From: Octopus vulgaris
Lineage: Eukaryota
Direction: 5' to 3'
Length of the DNA: 64,000 bases
NCBI GenBank assembly: GCA_951406725.2
Contig: OX597816.1
Span: 150,598,001 to 150,662,000, forward strand
Part shown: positions 52,074 through 64,000 of the stretch, piece by piece
Layout: every line of letters starts with the position of its first letter
Numbering within the stretch: position 1 is the first letter of the stretch
The notes under the pieces: generated by a model
Seen by the model: the letters and a program-made list of their open reading frames with translations, nothing else
What the model was told of the DNA's origin: nothing
Databases searched by the model: none
Made by a program: the position numbers and the translations under genes

Positions 52074-52294
52074 CCCTTTAGCATTCAGATTACTTTGTTA
52101 AATGCAATGTGTTTTTTATCCAAATTGTTTTGAATTAATCATGCATTATCTTATAGCTTTGAGGTTTTGATTATGTGATTGTTTATTTTTAGAACAGAAG
52201 TCTGGGTTAGGTGTGAGAGGCTAGATAGGGTCAGTTTGAACATAAAACTTGTAGAATATATAGGCCAGATATGACCAGTTTAAATGCTAAATGG
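52074..52294. mobile_element. piggyBac-type MITE
   Basis: TTAA|CCCTTTAGCATT...AATGCTAAATGG|TTAA. Confidence 0.85.
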
Positions 52295-52675
52295 TTAAGA
52301 TGGAAGAGTGTGATTTGAGGATCTTTCATATTTTTTTAACATCATTACATACCTGCTTGCATATCTACAGGGGTCTAAGCCTTAAAAGATTAAATGTATG
52401 AATTTCTTCTAATTCTATTAAATAAATTTGTGTGAAGTTGTAACTTATTGCTTTGATCCCAGCAATCGATGACTGGTACTTATTTATATTATAAGTTTTT
52501 AAAAAAAAGTCATCTCTAGAATTTCAATCAGAATTTTTAGAGATGAAACCAAATTCTATGAAACATTTAATCCAACTCAGTTACCATTTCTTCCAAGTTA
52601 CTACCCCTAATCATGTGTGAATATATATATATAAACACACACACACATACATATATACATACCCTCCAGAATATT

Positions 52676-52888
52676 CTTTTCTACTTTAGACACAAGGCCC
52701 AAAATTTTGGGGGAGGGGGCCAGTCAATTAGATCAACCCCAGTACACAACTGTACTTAATTTACCGACCCCAACAGGATGATAGGTAAAGTTGACCTCGG
52801 CAGAATTTGAACTCAGAACATAAAGACAGATGAAATACCGCTAATTATTTCATCTGGTGTGCTAATGTTTCTGCCAGCTCGCCACCTT
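52676..52888 (-). mobile_element. Full-length Deu/Nin-domain-like SINE with 17 bp TSD
   Basis: ATACCCTCCAGAATATT occurs at 52659-52675 and 52889-52905. The head reads GGTGGCGAGCTGGCAGAAAC on the minus strand. Confidence 0.9.
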
Positions 52889-53956
52889 ATACCCTCCAGA
52901 ATATTGTACCACTCTAATTACGTGTGTATGTCTGTCTATATCTTTATGTATGTCTGTGTATGTATGATTAGATGAATGAGAGCTGCAGCTCACCAGAAAG
53001 TAATGACTTCTTTTCCTTTTTTTTTCTGCTTACTTAAATGTGAATGGTCCCCATTGTCTTTACAATCCCTCAAACACTGGTGAGATCAATGATGTTGATG
53101 TTCATTCAAACATTGGCCAGAAATATAATGGAGAACAATATTTTTGGCTTTAAGTTACAAAATCTCCCTTCTCCTTCTTCCCATTAGAAATGCATTGAAC
53201 TAGTAATTGACCTACTGTAAAACTATAACCAACAATGTTAATGTTTCACCAATTATGATATAAAATAAATGAATATGGGAGGTAAATTCCAAAGGTTGAT
53301 TTCTGGTGAGAGAGGATTGGAAGAGGTCGTTAGTGCAAGGTCTGACTGTGAGATACATGGGGGTGATAAAAGTAAAGACAGGCATGTCAGATGAGCTTGG
53401 GTGGAGGTGGTATACAAGTGGGGTTCAGACGAGCAGAACCCATTATATTTGTCTTAGTAAGTCTTTGCTAATCAGTAAGACAGTCTTCTTTTGTATGGAG
53501 CTTGAGATGTCTGTGTGTAACACCAGCGCCATTCCTGATGTGAAAGCAGTATTTATGTCATTGTGGGTCTTTCTTGAGTTTTCTACACAGTCAGCAATAG
53601 ATCAGACTGGAAGTATTTTCTGCTCTTAAAGAGGATGGTTAGTCTTTGAGATGCATTTTTAACTCTCTTATAGTTATGGATGAATGAGCCACCAGAAAAA
53701 ATCATCAGAGATTGTAAAGCCTAGCATTTATAGCAACTTCAGAAATTTCATTGCATGTCATCCAAGATTAGAGAAGATATGGTATAAATGGTTGTTTCTT
53801 TCACTTAAGCTATAATTGTGCCAGTGTGCTGTTTAATATTGATTTTTTTTTTAGTTTAGGTTCAAGGCCAATTCTTATTGCTTAAAATGAATTCTATATA
53901 ATGCTAACACTGATCAGCAACCTTATTATTGAGACACACATGCACATGTGCCTGTA

Positions 53957-53994
<38 letters not shown>

Positions 53995-54039
53995 TAAGTG
54001 TGCATGCATGTGTGTGTGTACATGCGCACTTGCAGTTAC

Positions 54040-54172
54040 AAGCATGGCTCAGCCGCATGGTTTTGGATTCAGTCCTACTGCATAATACCTGGTCATATGT
54101 TTTCTATTATTGGTCCAGGTTGACCAAAGCCTTGTGAGTGGATTTGGTAGCCAGAAACTAAAAGAAGCCCTC
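54040..54172 (+). mobile_element. CORE-like SINE fragment
   Basis: GACCAAAGCCTTGTGAGTGGATTTGGTAG...AAAGAAGCCC is shared with the 9905 family. Confidence 0.7.
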
Positions 54173-54207
<35 letters not shown>

Positions 54208-54341
54208 TACATGCATACATAAACACACACACACTTATATTTATATGAGACATTTCCAATGTAAAGTTGTATCAAGCATTCTTTTATACACACACATATG
54301 GCATATATATATATATATATATATGTATTCTATGTTTTTAG

Positions 54342-54465
54342 TCACGAGAAATTAAGAAAAAACCTGAACCAGTGTCAATGACTGATAGTAACATGGCTGC
54401 CAGTTCTAGCTCATTAATTCGACCAACCCCAGTTCGTGTCTTAAATTCAGCTGTTGAAACAGAAG
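54342..54465 (+). CDS. DCP1: DCP1 internal exon D
   Basis: gtttttag|TCA...AGAAG|gtaagc, 124 nt, phase 0 to 1. Translates SREIKKKPEPVSMTDSNMAASSSSLIRPTPVRVLNSAVETE. LIRPTPVR resembles LIKPIPVK of vertebrate DCP1B. Confidence 0.88.
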
Positions 54466-54494
54466 GTAAGCTTTGCTTCACTGTTAAACTTAAT

Positions 54495-54910
<416 letters not shown>

Positions 54911-55284
54911 CTGTTTATATATGCATATGTATGTGTATGAATGTTTGTCTGATCTGTTTGTCTAACTGTACCCACAGCAAGTGTTATGCTATCATGTTCA
55001 TTGGTGATTTCCAAACACACGTCCACAAACAAAGCAATATAAAAATACAGATGGTGAGAAGAATATACTCTCACAGACACTCACACACACACACCTTGCA
55101 AACTTATTAATTTAATGTTTTGAAACTTAGTCTGATATTTGTAACATGAGACACTAGTTAACTATCTCTTTCCCCTTCTTTGAGAGTGTGTGTGTGTGCA
55201 TGCACATGCATGTGCGTGCATGCATGTGCGTGCATGCATGCATGTGTGTGTGCATGTGTAGATATGTATTTCTATAGATACACG

Positions 55285-55445
55285 CAGGTGTGACTGTGTG
55301 GATGTACAGCTTTCTTTGTTACCATATGGTTTTCAGTTCTGTCTCACTGTGTAGCACCTTGGGCAAGTATCTTGTGCTGTATTCTCAGGTTGACCAATAC
55401 CTTGTAAGTAGGAGCAGTAGACAGAAACTATATGGAAGCCCATCT
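55285..55445 (+). mobile_element. CORE-like SINE 5' part
   Basis: GGTGTGACTGTGTGG...GCACCTTGGGCAAGT. Confidence 0.72.
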
Positions 55446-57275
55446 TGTGTGTGTGTGTGTGCGCGCATGCATGTGTGTGTGAATACCTCCATCCAGCATC
55501 TTCACATGAAACCATTTGAACACAAACTATGACATTAAATTGTTATTTCTCTGTTGACAAATTGTCATGTAGCCCTGCAATTTCAAATATGAAGTGAAAT
55601 AAACTATTTGAAAATAAGACAAGGTTTAGGGGCAGGAAGAGCATCCATCTGTAAAATACCTGTTATAAATGCTTGTCTAACCTATACAAGCATTGCAAAA
55701 ACAGGCATTTCTAGCCCCTTTCCCATCATTTTGCATTTTCCTTTTCAGCTTCATGACTTCTAACTTCTAACCAGTATTGCAATACTCACCAAGATAAAGA
55801 AAAATGCTAGAATTGTATGACCAGTTGCTGCCGCAATAAGCAGCAATTAGAATTTTAATGTCATTTTCTCTGCTAAAGCAGATGTTAGCAGTAGAAGGCC
55901 CCATCACGGTTTCCTCAATTTTGTTCTATCCTTTCCACCCTCACTCACCATCCTTTTTTTCTCATTTCCTTTTCTATCATCTTTAGCCATGCCTTTCTTG
56001 GTCTTCTCCTTCCTTTACTTCATTCACATTTCTTTTCATCGCTCTTTTCAGTCACATTCATCTTTAGCACATGACAGGGCCACCTTATTCCATTTCTCAT
56101 CACAACATCCTCCACTGACTTTATTTCTATCATTGTTTGTTTTCATATCTCTCAACAATACTTCTCTTATCCATTAAACCATTGTCATTTCTGTTCTTTC
56201 CAGCCTTCTCTGCTGCTTTCTTTTCATTATTTATGTCTCACTCCTATAAATTGTAGCACCTTTCACACATCCACATACACCTTTATCTTCAGTTTCAGCA
56301 ACATTCTCTTCCTCATTAGTTCCTGAACCATCTTAAATTTGTATCTCACTCTGTCCACCACTACTTAGTCCAATCCACCTTCTCTTTTCAACATATCTCC
56401 TAGGTAACAAAATATTTTCACACCTTCCATCTTCATGCTGTTTCCAAGATCTAGCTCAACATACCTTCCATTTCCACCTCCTTCCATACACACCTCATGC
56501 ATAAATTAGCTGCCAGATTAATTAATAACATAAAAGCGAAAAACAACTAGAGTTGCTATAATATGTCAAAACTAATTTTATCATGGACCCAAGTCAAAAG
56601 AGACAAATGGCTACAGAAGGATGAAATGTAGAAAGCTCTCTTCCACCCCTTCTCTTTCTCTCCCTCTTTTATGGGAGCTTTTACAGCAGACTGAAACTGT
56701 TGTAAGATAAGAGCCTTTTTTTCACTATAATGAAACAAATTTATTTTAAAATTCCAGAGACTAAGATTCTGTTATAAATAAGAAAGGATTCTGAATGGCC
56801 GTAAAGTCTCATGAGTAGGTGTTATCACCATGTTCAACATCTGACCTCCAAAATGTAAAAAAAGTATCAATATATGATAAAGTGATAAGGTGGAAGTTGA
56901 AGCACCTTGGAAACTGCAAAACCAATACAAAAAATATATATGAAGACAAAAGGATAGAACAAGTGGGGAATTATTGTTTTTAAAACAGTGTGCAGCATTA
57001 ATTTTTTTTAAAAAGTCTAAAAGACTGGTATCATTTTTTATTCAGAAATAGAGAAAAATACATTAATTTACCCTTATGAAATTGGATATTGGACAATTAA
57101 ACTAAAGGAGCCTTTAAGCGGGTTGGGAACTGATGGACTGCATAAATTTGGTAAACAATTTTCTGTGAAGGTGTTGAGAAAATATAATAGAGAAGGCAGA
57201 AGTGGCTGAAACTTGAAAAGAATTATATTAAAATTAATGTATATAGATAAACTATCAACAAGAACCACTATATTA

Positions 57276-57935
57276 TGAGGGGAAGTCAAAAATTATCTGC
57301 ACTTTCACCATAACATATCTTTGTTATTGTCACACTGCATTCTGTGCATGTGTGCTTATAGTTGGTACTATTGTAGTCATGTGGTCGAAGTTTGAGCCAG
57401 ATCATGTCATTTTTCTTTCTGATTTTAATGTAAGCATGGACACTCCACTAGCAATTAGCACCAAAGTAGAACAAAGAGCAGTTATCTGATTTCTGTGGTT
57501 GAAAGGTGTGTCAGGTGCTGAAATTCATCAGAGGTTTTTAGCACAATACAAGGACAGTGCACTACCATGAAGAAGTGTGCATGAGTAGATTGAGAAGTTT
57601 GAAAGTGACCGGGCAAGCATGATGCACGAAGAGGGAGCAGGACACCCATCAGCCTCCACCACTGATGAGAAGATTCAGTAAGCTCTAGAGATGGTAATGG
57701 TAAATCTGTTCACCATTACCATCGCTTGGATCACTGGTCTTTGTTCTTCTTTGGTGCACATTGCTAGTAGAGTGGCCATGCTTACGCTGTAAAGCTAGAA
57801 ATTAAAATGGCACAATCAGGCTCAAACTTCGATCACGTGACCACAATAGTACCAACTATAAGCACGCATGCACAGAAAGCAGTGTGACAATAATAAAGAT
57901 ATGTTATGGTGAAAGTGCGGATAATTTTTCCCTCA
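57276..57935 (+). mobile_element. Mariner-derived fold-back MITE with about 210 bp inverted ends
   Basis: TA|TGAGGGGAAGTCAAAAATTATC...GATAATTTTTCCCTCA|TA. From ATG 57436 it encodes a degenerate HTH (EQRAVI*FLWLKGVSGAEIHQRFLAQY). Confidence 0.92.
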
Positions 57936-58349
57936 TAATATTTCTAAAGTTGTTACTGCTCTAACTGAGCTGCATCTTGTCCATTTGTATACTTTGGACT
58001 ATACTATTTAAACTAATGTTTTTTATTAAGATTGTGAAGTGTGAATTTAACAGTTATTTCTAGCAGATGAGAGTGACTGCACATAACACTTTTATTAACG
58101 GTTGCACGTCATGTCACTCAACCTGATGGTCAAGGTCAGTACTGTTTAACATGGCTAACAGTTCAGTGTTGGGTTTAGGGTTGTGCAATTGAATAAGACA
58201 TTCAGAGATAAAGAACTTCGTATGACTATGGCTTTATTTGGACACATACTTTACTGTTGGACATAATTACTAGATTTGGACAAATACTTATCAGATTCAT
58301 TGTCCTACACAAAGGCTTTCTAGTTATCATGTTTAATGTTGCTACTTGG

Positions 58350-58570
58350 TAAAGCGGCAAACTGGCAAAATCATTAGTGCACCAGACAAAATGATTAGCA
58401 GCATTTCATCCACCTTTACAGTCTGAAATCAAATTCCACTGAGGTCAACTGTGCCTTTCATCTTTTCAGGGTTGATAGAATAAGTACCAGATGAGGACTG
58501 GGGTCAATGTAATCAACTTACCCCCCCACCTCCAAAACTGTTGGCCTTGTGCTAAAATTTGAAATCAATA
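58350..58570 (+). mobile_element. Deu/Nin-domain-like SINE
   Basis: Homologous to the reverse complement of 52676-52888. Confidence 0.8.
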
Positions 58571-60021
58571 CTACAACTTAGTAACACTATTAAACATAAC
58601 AACCAGAAAGTACTTGGTAAATAAGTGAGTTGGTTCATGTGTATGTATGAATGATGGTCAGTAAACATCATATTTACCTTTTCTTCTTGATTTTTAATTT
58701 ATTTACAAATTTTTTGTAGGGATTTCATCATCATCACTTTTTTTTTTATATCATTTCCTCTTTCCATATAACTCTAACCTTAAACTCTATATCGTAACTC
58801 TTAACCCTCACACTAGATATCTAACCCTAAACCCAAATTTTTCCCATGCTTAAAAAAATATCAAAATTGGAAAAGTTATGGTTGGTTCTGTATTCTGAAA
58901 TGAAGTGTGTGAAAGCTGGCTAAAAATTTCTTAAAACAATTTTAAAGTCTGTTATTTTTTCAGGATCATAAAGAAACTTTCCCTAAAAGAATAGAAAATA
59001 AAAATGTTGGCATGTAGAGTTCATATGTGTTTAATGTATGTTTAATATATATGAAATATATATTTTTTTCCAGGGTCCTGTAAAACTAAAGATCTTTACT
59101 TAAATTGTTTGAAGGCCCAAAAATGAAAGTATTTTCCTTCCATATGAAACTATTAAGGAACAAAATATAAACAGTGAGCAATAGCATGTCAGGGGTATGG
59201 GACAGTTTTGGCACAGCTGCTTTGGTGCTGCTTATTTGGCATCACTGATTCAACACAAACTTATTTGACATAAAATCTTGTTTCTCATGTTCTCTCCTCC
59301 TTTCTCTCTGTCTTTCTGTTTATGTATGTGTGAGCATATTTTTTCACATGTATGATGAGAGTAAAAGTGTTAATGTCAATCACATTCAATTAATAAATTG
59401 TAATGTGTGTGTGTGTGTGTGTCTCTCTCTCTCTATGTATTTATTTCTATGTGTATATATTTGCCATCAACACCAACATGTACTGTCACCAAATCAGGTT
59501 TAATGTCTAGTCAGCCAAGCCAAATGATCAGTGTCCAAACTGCTGCACTCAGTCATCTCATTTCTGAGTGCCAGCAAGGCATCATAAAGCAACCAATGTG
59601 AAACTGTCCTTATTGAAGGAGCCACCAAAGATTTTAATTAAATTCTTAATTAACACAAGCAAAACATGGCTATTAACTACTCAGACATATCGAATGTTAG
59701 TAGGAGAGAGTTAGAATGATCGATAGTTAATGCATAATGAACAATTATTTTTCTGTAAAATCATGACATTCTTCATCATATTTGGCTTTATTCTAGTTGT
59801 GGTGATGATTAAAGGCCATGAAGACTTATAGCAGGCAGATGGATGCATATAGAGGTATAACAAAAGAGTATGTTGCAAGTAATTCTCATTGCAACACAGG
59901 TTTTCCAAAGAAAATCTCTTGTGCAAGTCACCAAGCTCATATATTATTGGATGTATGATATGGCAAGCATTGAAATAAAAACCTTTAAAAATGCTTTCAC
60001 TTTATGACCAGAAAAACGCCT

Positions 60022-60204
60022 ACTTCTTATTTCTTTACTGCCCACAAGGGGCTACACACAGAGGAGACAAACAAGGACAGACAAGTGGATTAAGTTGATT
60101 ATATCGACCCCAGTGCATAACTGGTACTTATTTAATCAACCCCGAAAGGATGAAAGGCAAAGTCGACCTCAGCAGAATTTGAACTCAGAACATAGCAGCA
60201 GACA
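60022..60204 (-). mobile_element. Deu/Nin-domain-like SINE, 5'-truncated, with a different 3' tail
   Basis: CCCCGAAAGGATGAAAGGCAAAGTCGACCTCAGCAGAATTTGAACTCAG. Confidence 0.82.
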
Positions 60205-60354
60205 ACAGAGTTATACTGTCAATTTCATGGGATCCTAGAAATGAAGAAGTGCTGACATTTCTAAGTCATTACAAATTATAAACAAAAATAATTACTTATT
60301 TAAAAATGTTCAGACGGAAAAGAAAACATGAAATATATATCTGAATTTGTGTGT

Positions 60355-60385
<31 letters not shown>

Positions 60386-61105
60386 CCTGTCTGTCTATCT
60401 GTCTGTGTATGTATGAATGTTCTGTCTCAAAACACAGAATGCAGATTAAATTATATGATTTCTCTTTCTTTCTCTATCAATAGATATGCATATATGTTAT
60501 GAACAAGTGAGTGCATTGGCACATTTTGGAGTTGTCTCTCTTTTATGAATGGCTGGAAATTATTGTATTTGTAAAATAATCAGCAACCTATTCCAGTTTT
60601 CAGGATTTTAGGGCACAGAAATGAACTGGAAGTTATTTTAGACAAATGGCTTGTATTTGAGAGTACACTAATCAAAATATTCTAATGCTACAATAGATTA
60701 CTTTCACTAAAATCATGACATGCACAAACAGAAAAACAGGGAATTTCAGTATTATATAAATTCTTACCCACATACAAATATATGACTGTGAATAATTCTA
60801 CAACAAAGTTTTCAGAATTGTTGAAGTTGTTTCCTTACAGCTCTGGCCACTGTTCTTTATACAAACTTCTACTTAAATGATTGTGGAACTATTTTGGTGA
60901 AACAAATTGGAACACATTATATGCCTCCACTAAGTTGTCCACTGAAATATAGTTAGGTTTGAACTTGCTTTCATTTGTCTATTCATGTTATTTTCTGGCT
61001 TAAATTTTTTTCTTCTAATTGTCTCTCATTTCTTATTCTTCTGATATCCTCACTGCTTCAGTTATTATTATTTCCAGTTACCACTTTTTACCACTTTCTT
61101 TTCAG

Positions 61106-61250
61106 GTGAGAATTATGGTGAGAAGGGATCATCAAGTGGCAGTAAGTCTCATATAAGCCTGGAGACCCTTTTTCGCAATGCTACAGTTCAACAAAATACA
61201 TTTGATTTGAAAGCTACAAGTATACCTTCAAGGAATGCACACTTTCAAAG
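61106..61250 (+). CDS. DCP1: DCP1 internal exon E (HLM-like motif)
   Basis: tttcttttcag|GTG...CAAAG|gtttgg, 145 nt. The phase 1 start is compatible with exon D. Translates (G)ENYGEKGSSSGSKSHISLETLFRNATVQQNTFDLKATSIPSRNAHFQ. KSHISLETLF resembles DCP1A KHLTVEELF. The donor is weak, so the 3' end is less certain. Confidence 0.8.
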
Positions 61251-63076
61251 GTTTGGAAATTATTTAGTAAGAAATTTGTTGTCTAGTGAAGATTGCTTGT
61301 AAAATTTCCAAACTGAATTTAAATTACTTCAGTCAATATTGAAATAAACTATCAATGACCATAGCTACATAGCTGAAATGTATAAAAGTATAAGAGAATA
61401 TAAGAATATTTAATACAGGTTAAATTCCAAGCTATTCAGCAGTTGTACCAAACTTATACCAGCATAGAAAAACATTCTTGAAATGACAATGATGATAATG
61501 TGACTGTCAACTAATAATTGATTTGAAATCAATGTAAGTACATTCTTTGTGGATACAGTATGACTGTAGAATCTGTATCACATTGATATTTGTTGATGTC
61601 TTTGTTGTAAATGTCACTTGTGTAAGGTATGGCTCCAAGATCATCCTCAGTATATCTTGTTTCTAATATTAGCAGTTATAGCTTGGAACGAAAGAGATGT
61701 TATTTGTCAATAGGTCATTGTTAATTTAACTGTAAGAAGTTTAGAGTGTGACATTCAGGCCAGTTATATGAACAACTGCATTACTAAATTACAATGCGCC
61801 ACACAGCAAATGTGTTACCAAATTACAATACATCACACAACTCCATCAACCACACATCTCTCATATTTGAAGCCAACTTTCTACAGCTACAACACAACAG
61901 GTCATTACATAAAAATGTACAATATAAGAAGAGAGGGGTTTCAATCACATTCATAAAACAACATAATTTTCTTACATTTGCGTATGTGTTTTGCAAAATT
62001 CTTAATAATTTTCATTAAGTTTACACCACTTGTATAAGGAGGCTGTATCTAGTTGCTAGACCTGTTAGAAATAGCATCCAATTTTTCTTCAAATCACACT
62101 ATATTTTTTTTGAAAGGGAAGAACATTGAATAATGTAATCCAAGAGTTTCTGAGTATAAGATGGCATGGGAACTACTAGAACATCTTTGATGATGCTTCT
62201 CAGATGAAGGTTGATTAGAAGCTAAAATACTGACAGTTAAATATATGTTGTATGTATTCTGAAAATCTCACCAAAATTTAACTACCCACCAAGGATCTGT
62301 TCGACTCACAAGCATATACTATTCAAACACTTAAATTGTTAGTCTCATTCCAAACCAGTCAAATTATCATAGCAAACATTAGTGTTCTTAGTTCGTTATG
62401 CTTTTCCCAAATTTCCAAAATATGCATCCTAATCAAAACAATCATCAAATAATGCTAATGTTACACATGAAACATTAACAACTCCATTCATATATTTTCA
62501 CAAGACTTGGTACTCTCATGAGTTAATCTAGCAACTAACTTTCTCTCTTACTCTCTCTCAACTTTTTTTCTTTTCTTTTTTTAATAAAGATATGTTAAGT
62601 TTTAAATCTTTGAACAAAATGTCTTGCTACTCTAAAGATATGATGACCTTGTTTAAAAATGCTCATCAAATGTTTTGTTGGATAGACTACCTCTTCACTA
62701 TAGAAACAATCAAGCAATACTGACCAGAAACATCTGATACAAACAAGATTAATCAAATCCACAATGTAAAGAAAAACTTGATGACAGTCAAACAGTATCA
62801 AAATAATCTACAACCAAGTAAAGTGCTACCAAGTCAAGCATCAGACATAAAATTATCTGAATTTAAACTACTCAAACAATTACAATAGACATTACTCGGG
62901 CCTACAAATCATGTCTATGTAACTTCATACACAGCATGGAATACATATGCACAACCAGATACAACCAGACACACTCATTATATGTACAACTTTTACTTGA
63001 CACTTCCCATTTTTTCAGTTGTTCACAACTAGCTATCCATCCACCCCACTTCACACACACACACACACACACATAT

Positions 63077-63128
<52 letters not shown>

Positions 63129-64000
63129 TGCATGACTGGAGTCTTTCTGGACATCACCAAGACCCATAGTTGATATTACCAGTTGAGAGCTGGTAGTAAA
63201 AGGCTAGGAAGATGTGGAGACCAGAAATAAATTAGTGAAGGCTGAAAAAAATTGGAAATACCTCTTTTTTTGTTGTTGGGCTACTTTTCACCTGAAAGCA
63301 TCTCATAACAAGCCTTTTTTGAAGAAACAATTTCCTTGGAAACATATTCATAGAAAAATTCATTTGTAACTAATTTTATATGTAAACATTCTTGTAGGAA
63401 AATTCTATCAATTCATTTGGAAACTTTCTCAAGAAAATTACAAATGCTTTTTATATTTCTTTCTTGTTTCATTTTTTATCTTTATTCTTAAATTCAAATT
63501 CCAGTTTGCAGTTGTTTGCTTTGTACATAAGGAAGTAGTTTATTGCTATTCAAACCAAATTTCCCAAGTCTAAATTTTTTTCACTTGACATGAAGATTAT
63601 TGTTGATTTACTCAATTCAGTATTTATCGAACCAGATGCTGGTGAGACCTCAAACTACATAGCATAAAACATTGAGCTTATTTTTTTTCTATTGGATATT
63701 CCAAAGAGTAGGGTTGCAGTACCCATGACTTTTGCAGGCCTTCCCATAATAGCAGGATTGATGTGAATGATACTCAACCTAAACATCTGTTAGGAAAGTA
63801 TAAAAATGGACAGGAACTCGGGTAGGGTTTGATTTAAATAAAATACTGACAGCTGAATAAATTCTAATAAAAGCTTAAAGTATGGTTTTAAAAAAAGTGT
63901 GAAGTTTTAGGTCTATTACCTTCTACCTCTATTACACCCTCAATAGCCTAAATATTAAATTTTAATCTACTTTTATTACTGCTAGGAAAACCAGACAAGA

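Overview
AT-rich, microsatellite-dense eukaryotic DNA. The repeat families (tRNA-headed CORE-like and Deu/Nin-like SINEs, RTE LINEs with (GAT)n tails, Penelope, R4/Dong, mariner, hAT, TTAA MITEs) suggest an octopod cephalopod, which is an inference from recalled repeat consensi. The whole window lies inside one + strand gene, DCP1 (mRNA decapping activator). Five internal GT-AG exons were found by hand: 10832-10959, 41151-41214, 51439-51646, 54342-54465 and 61106-61250. They splice in frame (669 nt) and encode the C-terminal half of the EVH1 domain, the post-EVH1 helix, an LIRPTPV motif and an HLM-like motif. The first and last exons lie outside the window. Most ORF-track entries are microsatellite artefacts or transposon debris. 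The most notable unexplained structure is a pair of short non-coding fold-back elements in the 30 kb intron (about 30232-30660 and 41670-42132). Their arms are unrelated, but they share one layout: small hairpin plus AGTAG(T)CAGCATG motif, long inverted arms, a type I hammerhead-like fold in the loop on the sense strand of the pre-mRNA, and a (TA)n boundary. They are probably Penelope-derived. Also seen are a 166 bp near-perfect palindrome, a mariner fold-back MITE, several template-switch scars, a recursive-splice-like exon and a candidate intronic polyadenylation site. All alignments and folds were done by eye.
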